Shown: positions 6,905 to 16,427, numbered from the stretch's first letter. The stretch is 32,000 nucleotides of DNA from Nostoc sp. PCC 7120 = FACHB-418 (GCF_000009705.1 NC_003272.1:2100001-2132000); one strand, 5' to 3'. Notes: generated by a model from the letters alone, not told the origin. Made by a program: numbers and translations.

Positions 6905-7010
6905 TTTTTGAAACCCCTCTCCAAACCTCTCCCCGAAGCGGAGAGAGGCTTTGAATCTTGCTCCCCTTCCCTGCGAGGGAAGGGGTTGGGGGTTAGGTTT
7001 GAGAGAAAGT
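6905..7010. repeat. MITE-like GC-rich double-hairpin repeat
   Basis: CCTCTCC-ccgaagc-GGAGAGG (6926-6948) and CCCCTTCCC-tgcga-GGGAAGGGG (6963-6985). Same style as the elements at 31723-31793. Confidence 0.55.
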
Positions 7011-7190
7011 TGCACACGGCATTAGCTTACTAAACAGCACCCAGAGAGTGAGATGGGACTCATATTTGATTTAGAGAAAAAGTCAGTACACCTCTCCCTA
7101 ACCCCATACCCCTAATTATTGAAACCGTTAGCAGATATTACCCAAATAATTGCAAAATAAATACAGTCCGTTGTGGTGACTACCTAAGAA

Positions 7191-8585
7191 ATGCCGACTA
7201 TACTTGCTGACACACAAAATTTACTATCTGACCTCATCGCCCGTTATTCGTCGCGTGTAGATTATTTAATGATTCGCCTAGAGGAAGCAGAAGGAACTGA
7301 TATCTTGTTGCGTGGCGATAAAGTAGAAACTCTCAGCGAAGGGATTTCAATTGGTGGACACGTCCGCGCTTGTTATAAGGGTGGTTGGGGGTTGAGCTGC
7401 TTTAACCAATTGGCAACGATTCAAGACAGGATTGAAGAAGCGATCGCCGCCGCCCGTATGGTAGGAGATGAGGAAACTATCCTGGCTCCTATGGACTCAG
7501 TACAAGCTATATGCAGGCTACCCCTGACAGGTACAGATCCGCGAAAAGTTCCCTTGGCGAAGAAGAAAGAATTATGCGATCGCTATACTGATTTACTCAA
7601 AACTGTTGACCACCGCATCACTACAACCTCAGTTCGTTATAGTGACAGTAGCCAAAAAATTATCCTCGCCACTTCAGAAGGGACTCTTATTCAACAGTCT
7701 TGGGTGGATATGGAAATGCGCTTTGCTGCCACTGCTAAAAATGGTGAAACAGTGCAAACTGGTAGGGAAACTACAGGTTCCCGCAAAGCCTACGAGGATT
7801 TAACTAATTTAGATACTCAAGTTAAGAATGCGGCACAAAGAGCTGTTGCAGCTTTGTCTCTACCATCAGTTAAAGGTAATACTTACACTGTGGTTATCGA
7901 TCCCGTTCTGACAGGTTTATTTGTTCACGAAGCTTTTGGGCATCTTTCCGAAGCTGACATGGCTTACGAAAATCCAGATTTACTAGACGTGATGACCATC
8001 GGCAGGCGGTTTGGCCCTAAAGAACTGCAAATCTTTGATGGTGCAGCCCCAGAAGGACATCGTGGTAGTTATTTTTATGATGATGAAGGTACACCCGCTA
8101 CTACTACCCAGCTAATTAAAGACGGTGTTTTAGTAGGACGCTTGCATTCCCGCGAAACCGCCGGTAAGTTAGAGGAAAAGCCAACGGGTAACGCTCGCTG
8201 TCTCAATTATCACTTCAATCCCATTGTGCGGATGACCAATACTTGGATTGAACGCGGTAAAACACCAGTTGCAGACTTATTTACTGGGATTAAAGAAGGT
8301 GTTTACGCTCGTAATTGGCTAGGTGGTATGACTAATGGCGAAATGTTCACCTTTAGCGCCGGGGAAGCTTGGATGATTAGAAACGGGAAAATTGCCGAAC
8401 CTGTAAAAGATGTGACGCTTTCAGGAAATGTTTTTCAAACTTTGGCTGATATTGAGGCTATTGGTGATGATTTTTATTGGGATGAATCTGGCGGTTGCGG
8501 TAAAGGTGGGCAAAATGGCTTACCTGTCGGTTGTGGCGGCCCTAGTTTACGGATTCGAGATGTAGTAGTTGGGGGAGAAATGTAG
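7191..8585 (+). CDS. tldD: TldD-family metalloprotease
   Basis: HEAFGH zinc motif (GLFVHEAFGHLSEADM), a Gly-rich C-terminus (GGCGKGGQ, GCGGPS) and about 464 aa, all typical of TldD. Confidence 0.85.
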   Translation: MPTILADTQNLLSDLIARYSSRVDYLMIRLEEAEGTDILLRGDKVETLSEGISIGGHVRACYKGGWGLSCFNQLATIQDRIEEAIAAARMVGDEETILAPMDSVQAICRLPLTGTDPRKVPLAKKKELCDRYTDLLKTVDHRITTTSVRYSDSSQKIILATSEGTLIQQSWVDMEMRFAATAKNGETVQTGRETTGSRKAYEDLTNLDTQVKNAAQRAVAALSLPSVKGNTYTVVIDPVLTGLFVHEAFGHLSEADMAYENPDLLDVMTIGRRFGPKELQIFDGAAPEGHRGSYFYDDEGTPATTTQLIKDGVLVGRLHSRETAGKLEEKPTGNARCLNYHFNPIVRMTNTWIERGKTPVADLFTGIKEGVYARNWLGGMTNGEMFTFSAGEAWMIRNGKIAEPVKDVTLSGNVFQTLADIEAIGDDFYWDESGGCGKGGQNGLPVGCGGPSLRIRDVVVGGEM

Positions 8586-8625
8586 TCAATTCAAAATACC
8601 CTACTGGAAGCTAAAGCTACAAAAT

Positions 8626-9216
8626 TCAAAGTTCAAAATTAAGAGCGATATCTACTTGTTTGAGCAGTGCGTCTAAAGATGAAGAGTTATCTAAAACTAC
8701 ATCTGCGATCGCTGCTTTTTCTTTTAGAGATAATTGACTATTAATTCGGGCTTGTGCTTGTTCTAAAGTTAAGTGATTGCGCTCCATTAATCTTTGCAAC
8801 TGCTGTGATTCCGAACAAATTACTACCCAAATTTCTGTGACTAAATTCGTCATCTGCACTTCAATCAACAAAGGTATGACTAATACCAGTATTGGGGAAG
8901 TGGATTCAGCAATTGCTTTGAGAAAGCGATCGCGCACATAAGGATGTATTAAACTTTCTACCCAATGGCGTTGATCTTGATTCTGAAAGATCATCTCACC
9001 CAACTTTGGGCGGTTGAGACTGCCATCTGGTAGTAATATTTCTTTACCATAACGCCTAGCGATCGCATCCAGAATCGGCGAACCTAAAGATACTGCATCC
9101 CTAGCGTAAATATCTGCGTCGAAGATTGGCAAATTATGAGCGCTAGCTAAATAATTAGCGACAGTGGTTTTACCTGTCGCTATACCTCCAGTTAAGCCGA
9201 TAATGCGTTGGGTCAT
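8626..9216 (-). CDS. coaE: Dephospho-CoA kinase
   Basis: IGLTGGIATGKTTV P-loop directly at the N-terminus; 196 aa; FDADIYARD motif. Confidence 0.9.
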   Translation of the reverse strand: MTQRIIGLTGGIATGKTTVANYLASAHNLPIFDADIYARDAVSLGSPILDAIARRYGKEILLPDGSLNRPKLGEMIFQNQDQRHWVESLIHPYVRDRFLKAIAESTSPILVLVIPLLIEVQMTNLVTEIWVVICSESQQLQRLMERNHLTLEQAQARINSQLSLKEKAAIADVVLDNSSSLDALLKQVDIALNFEL

Positions 9217-9293
9217 CTCTTTTACTTGCGCTTAACGTAATCACAAATTAGGAATTACGTAGCTTGCTTTCCGTAGGGTGTTAGGAATTAATC

Positions 9294-9692
9294 TTAAACA
9301 TCACCACAATATTTTGTAGCAATGAGCCGATTATTTTTATAAACTAATACTCTTCCATAACCTGTATCTTGCACAGCAGCATACAGATAATTTTTGTTTC
9401 TAAATCTGTAAACAACATCTCCGTTTTCATTACGTCTGGCTGTACCACCATCTAGTAGGAGATCAGGACGTTTTAGCGTGGTCGGGATATTATATGCAGC
9501 GTAGCGTAACGTTCCATTATTGAGGCGGGAAACTTCTACAAAAACACCTTCAGCACTACAACTAAATACTGGTGTAGTGGCAAGTGCAGCAACAGGTGAT
9601 GCTACTATAGCTGTTAGCATAGAAGCCGCGCCTGTGAGGGTAGCAAAAATTCCCCACAAAGGTTTTGCAGGTTTGCAATTGAAGCTTTTCAT
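9294..9692 (-). CDS. Secreted hypothetical protein (signal peptide, two Cys)
   Basis: Hydrophobic N-terminus ending ALA|TT. Mature-protein Cys residues sit near each end (FSCSAEG ... KYCGDV). No family recognised. Confidence 0.55.
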   Translation of the reverse strand: MKSFNCKPAKPLWGIFATLTGAASMLTAIVASPVAALATTPVFSCSAEGVFVEVSRLNNGTLRYAAYNIPTTLKRPDLLLDGGTARRNENGDVVYRFRNKNYLYAAVQDTGYGRVLVYKNNRLIATKYCGDV

Positions 9693-9705
9693 ACTTAATT
9701 CCTTA

Positions 9706-9733
9706 AAGTTTGTATAACCTGATCTACAAACTT
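9706..9733 (-). terminator. Hairpin downstream of the 9762..10583 gene
   Basis: AAGTTTGTA(9706-9714)-loop-TACAAACTT(9725-9733), 29 nt past the stop codon. The U-tract is weak. Confidence 0.35.
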
Positions 9734-9761
9734 ATATTTCCCTTTTTCGGATTTTAATATG

Positions 9762-10583
9762 TCACAACTTATGAGTTTTAAGCCGTTGTTCAGTGACTAA
9801 AGTTAGACTCACCCATTCGCCTTTATCGCTATAGCTACGAACCATACGTTGGCGTAAGTTTGGTTGAATTAACCAACCCACTTCTAAAATAAAGCTTTGA
9901 CGTACCTGTACTTTGAGTGGAGAAGTAGCAGAAGCACCATTAGGTAAAAGTAAGACTTGTACTTGTTTTTCTGGGTCTTGATCAAAGAGAATAATTGAGC
10001 CTTTGATAGTAGCAGTAGAAGTTATGGCGCGTCCTGCAAAATTTAAGGTTTGAATTAAGCGCCCATTCTCATCTAGTTGTAATTTGAGGTTTGTAGAAAT
10101 AGTATCAGGCGATCGCCAATCAGGATAAATTGTTATTGCTTCACCTTGCCATTCGCCTAATAAATCATCAATTTGTAAGGGTGCGTTCTCTGTTGCTGGT
10201 GTACCTGCTAAATGTTCACGAATTAAAGTTAGTTGGTCTAACTGACCGTTTTTGTCAAATAACTGCACCAAGCGCAGGCGGCGATTTTCATGAATTAAAC
10301 CTAATTCTGCACCAAATTCCGAGAATGGAGCTAACTGAATTGAACCTTGAGAAAAAGCACCATTTTCAAAAAACAGCACACTTCTGGCCAAGGAACTATA
10401 CTCTAGAACCTTTTCTGTATCTTCTTGACGAATAATCTGGCGGACTGTTTGATTGTTATTCAATCCTGCCAAAGAAACAACCGTTGGAATATCATTTAAA
10501 AGTTGACCTTGGGGTGAAAACCGAGTAAATGAACCTTGCCATTCACCAAGATTAAGCAATAAACGTTCCCACTGAGATGACAT
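9762..10583 (-). CDS. Conserved cyanobacterial protein, probably DUF3598 family
   Basis: The N-terminal W..LL.NLGEWQGSF and the repeated GEWQGEA motif suggest a two-lobed lipocalin-like DUF3598 pattern (from memory). The ORF is clean, with no competing frames. Confidence 0.6.
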   Translation of the reverse strand: MSSQWERLLLNLGEWQGSFTRFSPQGQLLNDIPTVVSLAGLNNNQTVRQIIRQEDTEKVLEYSSLARSVLFFENGAFSQGSIQLAPFSEFGAELGLIHENRRLRLVQLFDKNGQLDQLTLIREHLAGTPATENAPLQIDDLLGEWQGEAITIYPDWRSPDTISTNLKLQLDENGRLIQTLNFAGRAITSTATIKGSIILFDQDPEKQVQVLLLPNGASATSPLKVQVRQSFILEVGWLIQPNLRQRMVRSYSDKGEWVSLTLVTEQRLKTHKL

Positions 10584-10668
10584 AGTAGGTAATAAATACT
10601 AAATGCTCAGTAGCATATCAGTTTTGAGGCTTGTTTAGTGCTGGGGAAACAAGGACTAAAGTCCTGAC

Positions 10669-10749
10669 TAAGCTATTCTGCTTTTAAATTGCACAATCCA
10701 TTGTGAGGACTGTTAACGGTTAACTGTTGACCGTTGACCGTTGACAGCC
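10669..10749. repeat. Dispersed repeat, copy B (inverted relative to 6811..6890)
   Basis: See copy A. Ends in GTTAACGGTTAACTGTTGACCGTTGACCGTTGACAGCC heptamers. Confidence 0.7.
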
Positions 10750-10787
10750 TTTATTAATAGTTATGCAATTTAGACACGCATTGCTTA

Positions 10788-11690
10788 CTAACTTTTGGCA
10801 AAACGTCGGACAGCAAATAAGCTACCCATTAATCCTACTGTTGCACCAAAGCTTAACAAAATTAAAGGTAGTAGCAAAACCTGTGTGGCCGTGAGTTGTA
10901 AACCATTGCTAATAAATTGAATAAATTCTGGTTGATTGGTGAGTAACTTCCCGGTAAACTGTTGGATTACAGATATAAAACTCCAAGCGATCGCACCACC
11001 AAATAAACCAAAAGCTATCCCCTGTAAAATAAACGGTAGATAAATCCAGGCCGAAGTTGCTCCCACTAACTGCATAATTTCAATTTCCCGCCGACGTGCC
11101 ATCACAATTAGACGAATAGTTGTTGTAGTGACAGCGATCGCTGTTAAAGTCAAAATCATTGTGATTGTCAGCGTCATCCAATTGAGTCCTCGATGCAACT
11201 GGGCGATGCGTTTAACCGCCTCATCGATATACTGAACCGTATCAACTCCCTGTAATTTAGCCAATTGAGTTGCTAAAATCGGCACAGACTGAGAGTTACG
11301 TGCTTTGACCTTAATCTCATCCACTAAAGGATTTTCCCCTAGCTGTTGTGTAGCACCTTCAATATCAGCAATTCCTAGTTCTTTAACTAATTTAGTCCAG
11401 GCTTGCTCTTTAGTAATAATTTGCATCCCTACCACATCCGGCATTTGCACCACAAACGGTTCAATAGTTTGCGCTGACCTACCAGAATCAAGATAAACAG
11501 ATACTTCTAACTGGCTACCAAACTGATTGAGCAGCTTTTCTACTTGCCAAGAAGTTTGCAAACTCAAGCCGAATAAAAACAGTAATACTGTAACAGTACT
11601 GACGGCAGCCCAATTCATCCAACCACCGCGCAGCAAACCCAAGAAGGTTTCCTTCAGTAGATAGTCAAGTTTCGTGAGAAATTTAAACAC
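10788..11690 (-). CDS. ftsX: Cell-division ABC-type permease FtsX
   Basis: 300 aa. One N-terminal TM, a periplasmic domain of about 100 aa, then three C-terminal TMs. The N-terminus LKETFLGLLRGGWMNWAAV is typical of FtsX. Confidence 0.75.
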   Translation of the reverse strand: MFKFLTKLDYLLKETFLGLLRGGWMNWAAVSTVTVLLFLFGLSLQTSWQVEKLLNQFGSQLEVSVYLDSGRSAQTIEPFVVQMPDVVGMQIITKEQAWTKLVKELGIADIEGATQQLGENPLVDEIKVKARNSQSVPILATQLAKLQGVDTVQYIDEAVKRIAQLHRGLNWMTLTITMILTLTAIAVTTTTIRLIVMARRREIEIMQLVGATSAWIYLPFILQGIAFGLFGGAIAWSFISVIQQFTGKLLTNQPEFIQFISNGLQLTATQVLLLPLILLSFGATVGLMGSLFAVRRFAKS

Positions 11691-11711
11691 AACTCACCCT
11701 AATAGGAAGAA

Positions 11712-11776
11712 AAGAGGCAGGGAGCAAGGGGAGAATTTACTCCAAGATTTTCGCCCAATCCCCAATCCCCAGTCCC
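11712..11776. repeat. Dispersed repeat with STRR1-like heptamers (CCCCAAT/CCCCAGT), copy 1
   Basis: Its reverse complement matches 13596..13660 at about 36 of 40 core positions (attggggattggg-gaaaatcttggagt-ctcccc). Heptamer copy number differs between the copies. Confidence 0.7.
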
Positions 11777-11792
11777 TTTTATACTCGATAAA

Positions 11793-13184
11793 TTATTCGA
11801 TCTGTAAGACCACTAAAGTCATATCATCATTATTTTGTCTGTCAGCACCGATAAATTGCTGAACTCGGTCGAATAGGTAATCGACAATTTCTTCTGGGCC
11901 GTTACAGTACCGACAAGCCGTACTGAAAGCAGTAACAAAGTTTTCTTCATCAAAGCGATCGCCACTGGCCGCAGCCGCATCGGTCAAACCATCCGTATAA
12001 TAAATAACTGTATCACCAGGTTCTAGCTGTGCCTGACCGTCTTCGTATTGGCTATTAGCATCCAGCCCAATTAACATCCCCAGAGTATCTAGGCGGGTAA
12101 CACTTTTTGTAGCTGCGTGCCACCACAAAGGGGGATTATGTGCTGCATTACTATAGGACAAAATTCGTTTATGCGGATTATATTCAGAATAAAATAGCGT
12201 GATGAAGCGGTGAGAATTTTCCAAATCCGCATACATAACTCGGTTGAGATTCTGCAAAATCCCCGCCGGAGAGTTACCGTGTAATACTTCTCCCCGTAGC
12301 ATTCCTCGCATCATGGTCATAATTAACCCCGCAGGAACACCCTTACCCATGACATCACCAATCACCAAACCCCAACGACCCGAATCTTGACCAAGTTTGG
12401 TGTATGTGTGAATTTGGCTTTGATTCGTGGGAATAAAATCATAATAATCTCCACCAACGCGATTGGCCGGTCTACAGCGTGCTGCTAGACTAACACCAGG
12501 AATATGAGGACACTGACGTGGCAGTAATCGTCTTTGAATCTCTGCACCAATTTCTAATTCTTGGTCTAGACGTTCTTTTTTCCTCAGTTCTACTGCCAGT
12601 TCGTCGTTTTCAATCGCCACTGCGGTTTGGTCTGCAACTAACCGCACTAACTTTTGTCTAGTTTCTGTCCAACTATACTCAGGATCGCGGCTTAATACAT
12701 ACAACCATCCCCGTTCTGTATGCTTGACTAAAATTGCCGTACCAAAGATTTGCACATCTGGCCCCAGGTAGCGGTGCATCTGGTCATCTAGCATTCCTGT
12801 GGCGTTAGCTAGAGGCGCAGTGTTAGGTAAAAGTGTGATTTGGCTACTAGCTGTTTCTAAGGCTTTGCGGATGTTTTTGCGTTGGCGGCTGTCTTGCCAA
12901 TGTAATTGTTCTAATCTGACTTGGCCATTAGGTTTGTAGAGAAACAGCGCGCTACCATCAGCATCCGTCACTCTTGTTGCCATTAGAGGAATTAGTTCCA
13001 AAAACTGGTTCAGATTATTGAAGCTCCTCAGGGCAAATCCTAAAGAACTCAGCAAATCTTGGATTTTGTTCTGTTCCCGGTGCAATCGTGACACAAGTTC
13101 TTTGAGTGCTACGACTGGTGTGACATCTGTCGCAGCACTATTATTGTTGTCCGTGGGTTGAGAGGAAAATGGAGGCACAGGCAC
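11793..13184 (-). CDS. GAF domain-containing PP2C/SpoIIE-family serine phosphatase
   Basis: C-terminal SpoIIE motifs GGDYYDF, IGDVMGKGVPAGLIM, YYTDGLTDA and DDMTLVVLQI. The N-terminal region of about 200 aa is GAF-like. Confidence 0.85.
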   Translation of the reverse strand: MPVPPFSSQPTDNNNSAATDVTPVVALKELVSRLHREQNKIQDLLSSLGFALRSFNNLNQFLELIPLMATRVTDADGSALFLYKPNGQVRLEQLHWQDSRQRKNIRKALETASSQITLLPNTAPLANATGMLDDQMHRYLGPDVQIFGTAILVKHTERGWLYVLSRDPEYSWTETRQKLVRLVADQTAVAIENDELAVELRKKERLDQELEIGAEIQRRLLPRQCPHIPGVSLAARCRPANRVGGDYYDFIPTNQSQIHTYTKLGQDSGRWGLVIGDVMGKGVPAGLIMTMMRGMLRGEVLHGNSPAGILQNLNRVMYADLENSHRFITLFYSEYNPHKRILSYSNAAHNPPLWWHAATKSVTRLDTLGMLIGLDANSQYEDGQAQLEPGDTVIYYTDGLTDAAAASGDRFDEENFVTAFSTACRYCNGPEEIVDYLFDRVQQFIGADRQNNDDMTLVVLQIE

Positions 13185-13595
13185 AGGTTATTGCACTGGA
13201 AAGGGGTTAATTTTAGATTGACAATTAATAAATTTTCTATTTGGCGATCGCTAAACCATATTGGGTTAAAGTTTAGCGCTTTTGCAAGAGTATAAAGACG
13301 TAAGACTTAAATCAACATAAGTATTACATTTGCTGAGAAAATTTCTATCTTCGGAGAGGAATTTCCATTAATGTACTTCAATTTACTGATAATACATGAA
13401 GTTTTCTTAAAGATTACTGACAACCCTCAAGTAGTCATAAGTTTAGGAAAGCTGTTTAATTGCTATCCAAGATCGCCTACGCTGCATCTAAACAACTTCC
13501 TTTGGTCGCTATTAAGACGGCATTAGATTGAAATTTTAGCAAATAACAACCGTAATGTTATCGAAAATAAATCAGATTGGCAAAAAGGAATCATA

Positions 13596-13660
13596 GGAAT
13601 TGGGGATTGGGTGAAAATCTTGGAGTCATTTCTCCCCCTGCCCCCTGCCCCCTGCCTCTT
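13596..13660. repeat. Dispersed repeat, copy 2 (inverted relative to 11712..11776), with a (CCCCCTG)x3 array
   Basis: See copy 1. It abuts and overlaps the ftsY stop codon. Confidence 0.7.
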
Positions 13661-15299
13661 AGCCACTCAAGAGAGCTTCTACAAACTCGTAGCTGGAAAA
13701 GGGGCGTAGGTCTTCAATGCCTTCCCCAGCACCAATAAAGCGGATGGGTAGGCCTAGCTGCTGCACTACAGCAAGAGCAACCCCCCCTTTGGCTGTACCA
13801 TCTAACTTGGTTAATACTACGCCACTGAGTTGAGCTGCTTGAGAGAAGACTTCAGCTTGTCGCAATCCGTTTTGACCTAAAGTGGAATCTAACACCAAAA
13901 GCGATTCAATTTTGGCATCCGGGGCTTTTTTGTCGATAATTCTACGGATTTTACTGAGTTCATCCATTAAGTTTTTCTTGTTTTGCAGCCGCCCAGCTGT
14001 ATCTACTAATAGTAATTCTGTATTTCGTGCTTGGGCTGCGGCGATCGCATCAAATACCACTGCGGCCGGATCTGTATTTTTACCAGGGTTAGAGATTACT
14101 TCTACACCGCTTCTTTTACCCCAAACTTTTACTTGTTCAACAGCCGCCGCTCGGAATGTATCGGCTGCACCAATCAAGCATCGATAACCTGATTGTTGTG
14201 CGAGGTGAGATATTTTACCGATGGTAGTAGTTTTTCCCGCACCATTGACTCCTGTAATTAACCAAATATTTAAGCTATCTTTCTCTGGAGCAAAACTGGC
14301 TTTATGGGAAGTTTTGAGGGGTGCATCTAGCATATCCCGCAAGATTTGTTTTAAGTAAGCGATCGCTTCTTCTGGTGGAGTGATTTCTTCCCGCAGTTTT
14401 TTCTGGAGTGAACTAATAATATAGTCGGTTGCTTCTACACCCACATCAGCTTGCAGAAGTAAAGCTTCTATTTCTCCTACAGCTGCTTGATTGAGAGGCC
14501 CTTGTCCAACAATTGCCTTTAGTTGGTTAAGAATATTCCGACGGGTTTTGTCTAATCCTTGTCGTAGCTTTTTGAGCCAAGTAATTTCTTCAATCGATAT
14601 ATCTTCTGGCCGTCTTCCTTGGGCTGCCAACACTTCTGCTGACCAAACAAAGCCTTCATCAAAGGATATTCCAGCAATTTCTGGAACTGTTTCTGATGTG
14701 GCATTAGCCGCTACTGGGCTAACTACTTCGAGTTCCGGTACTTCAATCGCATTGGCTATTAATCGCTCTTGCCTAGCTTCCCGTTCTGCGGCTGCTCGTT
14801 CTAAGAATGATAATGTAGGCGGTGGGGTTGGTTCCGATACTGCTACTGGTTCTAATGGTTCTAAGTTGATTTCTACATCTTCTTGTCTAGTCGAAGTTAC
14901 TTCCTGCTCCTCTTGATTAGCTACTTCCCCTTCCATCACGGGAGTTGGGATATTTTCTACCACCTCAACTGAGGTAGTATGGGCTACTAATAATTCTAGA
15001 TTTTCCGTCTCAGCAGTTGCCTCCTCTTCCACGCCAGTTGTTTGTACTGGCGTTTCGGCATCTACTGATTCCAGTGTCACTTCTACTTCCTGAGATTTTT
15101 GTTTCTCTTGAAGATTTTTGTAAGCAGCCTTTGCAAACGCCAATAAATCTGCTGTTGAGTCTGGGACAGTCGCAGCAGGAGTTGACGTTGCTTCTGGTTC
15201 TACTTGAGATTCTGTGACTGGAGGTGTTTCTGGTTGTTGTTTTTCCGATGGGCTATCCGAGGAATCGTTAGTTTGACGACGGAACCAATTAAAAACCAT
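13659..15299 (-). CDS. ftsY: Signal recognition particle receptor FtsY
   Basis: NG domain motifs GVNGAGKTTTIGK, DTAGRL and TKLDGTAKGG. Long acidic E/T/V-rich N-terminal A-domain. Confidence 0.95.
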   Translation of the reverse strand: MVFNWFRRQTNDSSDSPSEKQQPETPPVTESQVEPEATSTPAATVPDSTADLLAFAKAAYKNLQEKQKSQEVEVTLESVDAETPVQTTGVEEEATAETENLELLVAHTTSVEVVENIPTPVMEGEVANQEEQEVTSTRQEDVEINLEPLEPVAVSEPTPPPTLSFLERAAAEREARQERLIANAIEVPELEVVSPVAANATSETVPEIAGISFDEGFVWSAEVLAAQGRRPEDISIEEITWLKKLRQGLDKTRRNILNQLKAIVGQGPLNQAAVGEIEALLLQADVGVEATDYIISSLQKKLREEITPPEEAIAYLKQILRDMLDAPLKTSHKASFAPEKDSLNIWLITGVNGAGKTTTIGKISHLAQQSGYRCLIGAADTFRAAAVEQVKVWGKRSGVEVISNPGKNTDPAAVVFDAIAAAQARNTELLLVDTAGRLQNKKNLMDELSKIRRIIDKKAPDAKIESLLVLDSTLGQNGLRQAEVFSQAAQLSGVVLTKLDGTAKGGVALAVVQQLGLPIRFIGAGEGIEDLRPFSSYEFVEALLSG

Positions 15300-15429
15300 T
15301 GCAGCTAGCGGTGATAGTTGTTACGAGTTATGAGTTATAAGTTTAATTTAACTGTGGACTCCTAACTAGTGTGTAAACCTCCTGGTTATCCTCACCTCTT
15401 AAAGTCGGATTGTTCGATAAGGGATCAGG

Positions 15430-15530
15430 GACTGGGCTTCCGCCGTGAGCTTCAACGTTCAACTGAGCGCTCACGCCGTTCGCGTAGCGTCCCACAGGGA
15501 AGTCCGAACGGGAGCAGAGGAGATGAATTA
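15430..15530. repeat. Dispersed hairpin repeat sharing a core with 31860..31974
   Basis: CGTGAGC(15444-15450)/GCTCACG(15469-15475) stem. GTTCGCGTAGCGTC (15478-15491) is the exact reverse complement of GACGCTACGCGAAC at 31862-31875, and the flanks are also similar. Confidence 0.6.
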
Positions 15531-15603
15531 AATCTGACTCAATACTCTGCTCAACACTCCACTACTTGTTTCAGCACAGCCATACCTACAGATCTTTACA
15601 GTA

Positions 15604-16239
15604 CTAAACACTCAGCGCCTTTTTTTGGTCTGAGACTCGGCGTAGTACACCGTTAATGAAACGATGTCCTTCATCGCCACTGTAGCGTTTAGCTAACTCT
15701 ACGGCTTCGTTAATGGCCACGCTGTTGGGCAGATTAAAGAACATCATTTCTGCTACGGCAATGCGAAGAATATCGCGGTCAATTTGTGCCAGGCGAGTAA
15801 CTTGCCAATCAACTAGGGCAGAGGTAATTTGTTCATCAATCACGCTGCGTTCTTCATTGATGATTTTGACAAGTTTGATGGCATATCTGCCTACTTCCTT
15901 GTCTTGATTTGCTAGCTGAATTAATTCAGGAAACTCAACAGATGCACCTAGCTGATTGATGGCTGTTTGTGTGTAGGAAATTGCTTCTTGCAGCATATTA
16001 CGCGCAGTATTTAAGTCTGAAGCCCGTGTTTGACTGGTTAACAGGCGATCGTTACTACGTTGCAATTCAGCGGCCGCATTATCCAAGGTATCTTGTACTT
16101 CTGCTCTCAAGGTACGTACTGTAGCCAATACTAGTTTGGGCAGGTGTTCTTCGGTTAATTTTTTGGGGTTTAATGGTAACTGGCTCAGGCTTAAAAGTGC
16201 CAGTTCACGAGCGATTTGCTGGGGTTTACGGTCTTGCAT
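15604..16239 (-). CDS. nusB: Transcription antitermination factor NusB
   Basis: [12 protein letters not shown]-terminus and the C-terminal [12 protein letters not shown]...[26 protein letters not shown] NusB signature. The 211-aa length is typical of cyanobacteria. Confidence 0.9.
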
Positions 16240-16427
16240 AATAGTTAAATATTTCAGTAGTAATTTAATTGCTGGGTGACAAATTATTCAATTTTGACAA
16301 AGCCAGACAACCATCTTATCTGTATTAGGTACGAAGTTACCGGATTTTTTTAGATTTATTTGGCGGTAAGTGCTGAGTTGCCGGTAACAGTAATAGAGTC
16401 AGAATTTTCTTTCCTATCCCTCTTGTT

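Noticed and set aside
13882-15217. + strand ORFs (13882..14187, 14491..14916, 15017..15217) antisense to ftsY
   Set aside because: ftsY is unambiguous. The antisense frames are S/A/L-rich shadows.
15369-15656. 95-aa + ORF in the ftsY-nusB spacer
   Set aside because: It reads through a dispersed hairpin repeat (R/S-rich product) and overlaps the nusB 3' end. Such repeats typically create spurious ORFs.
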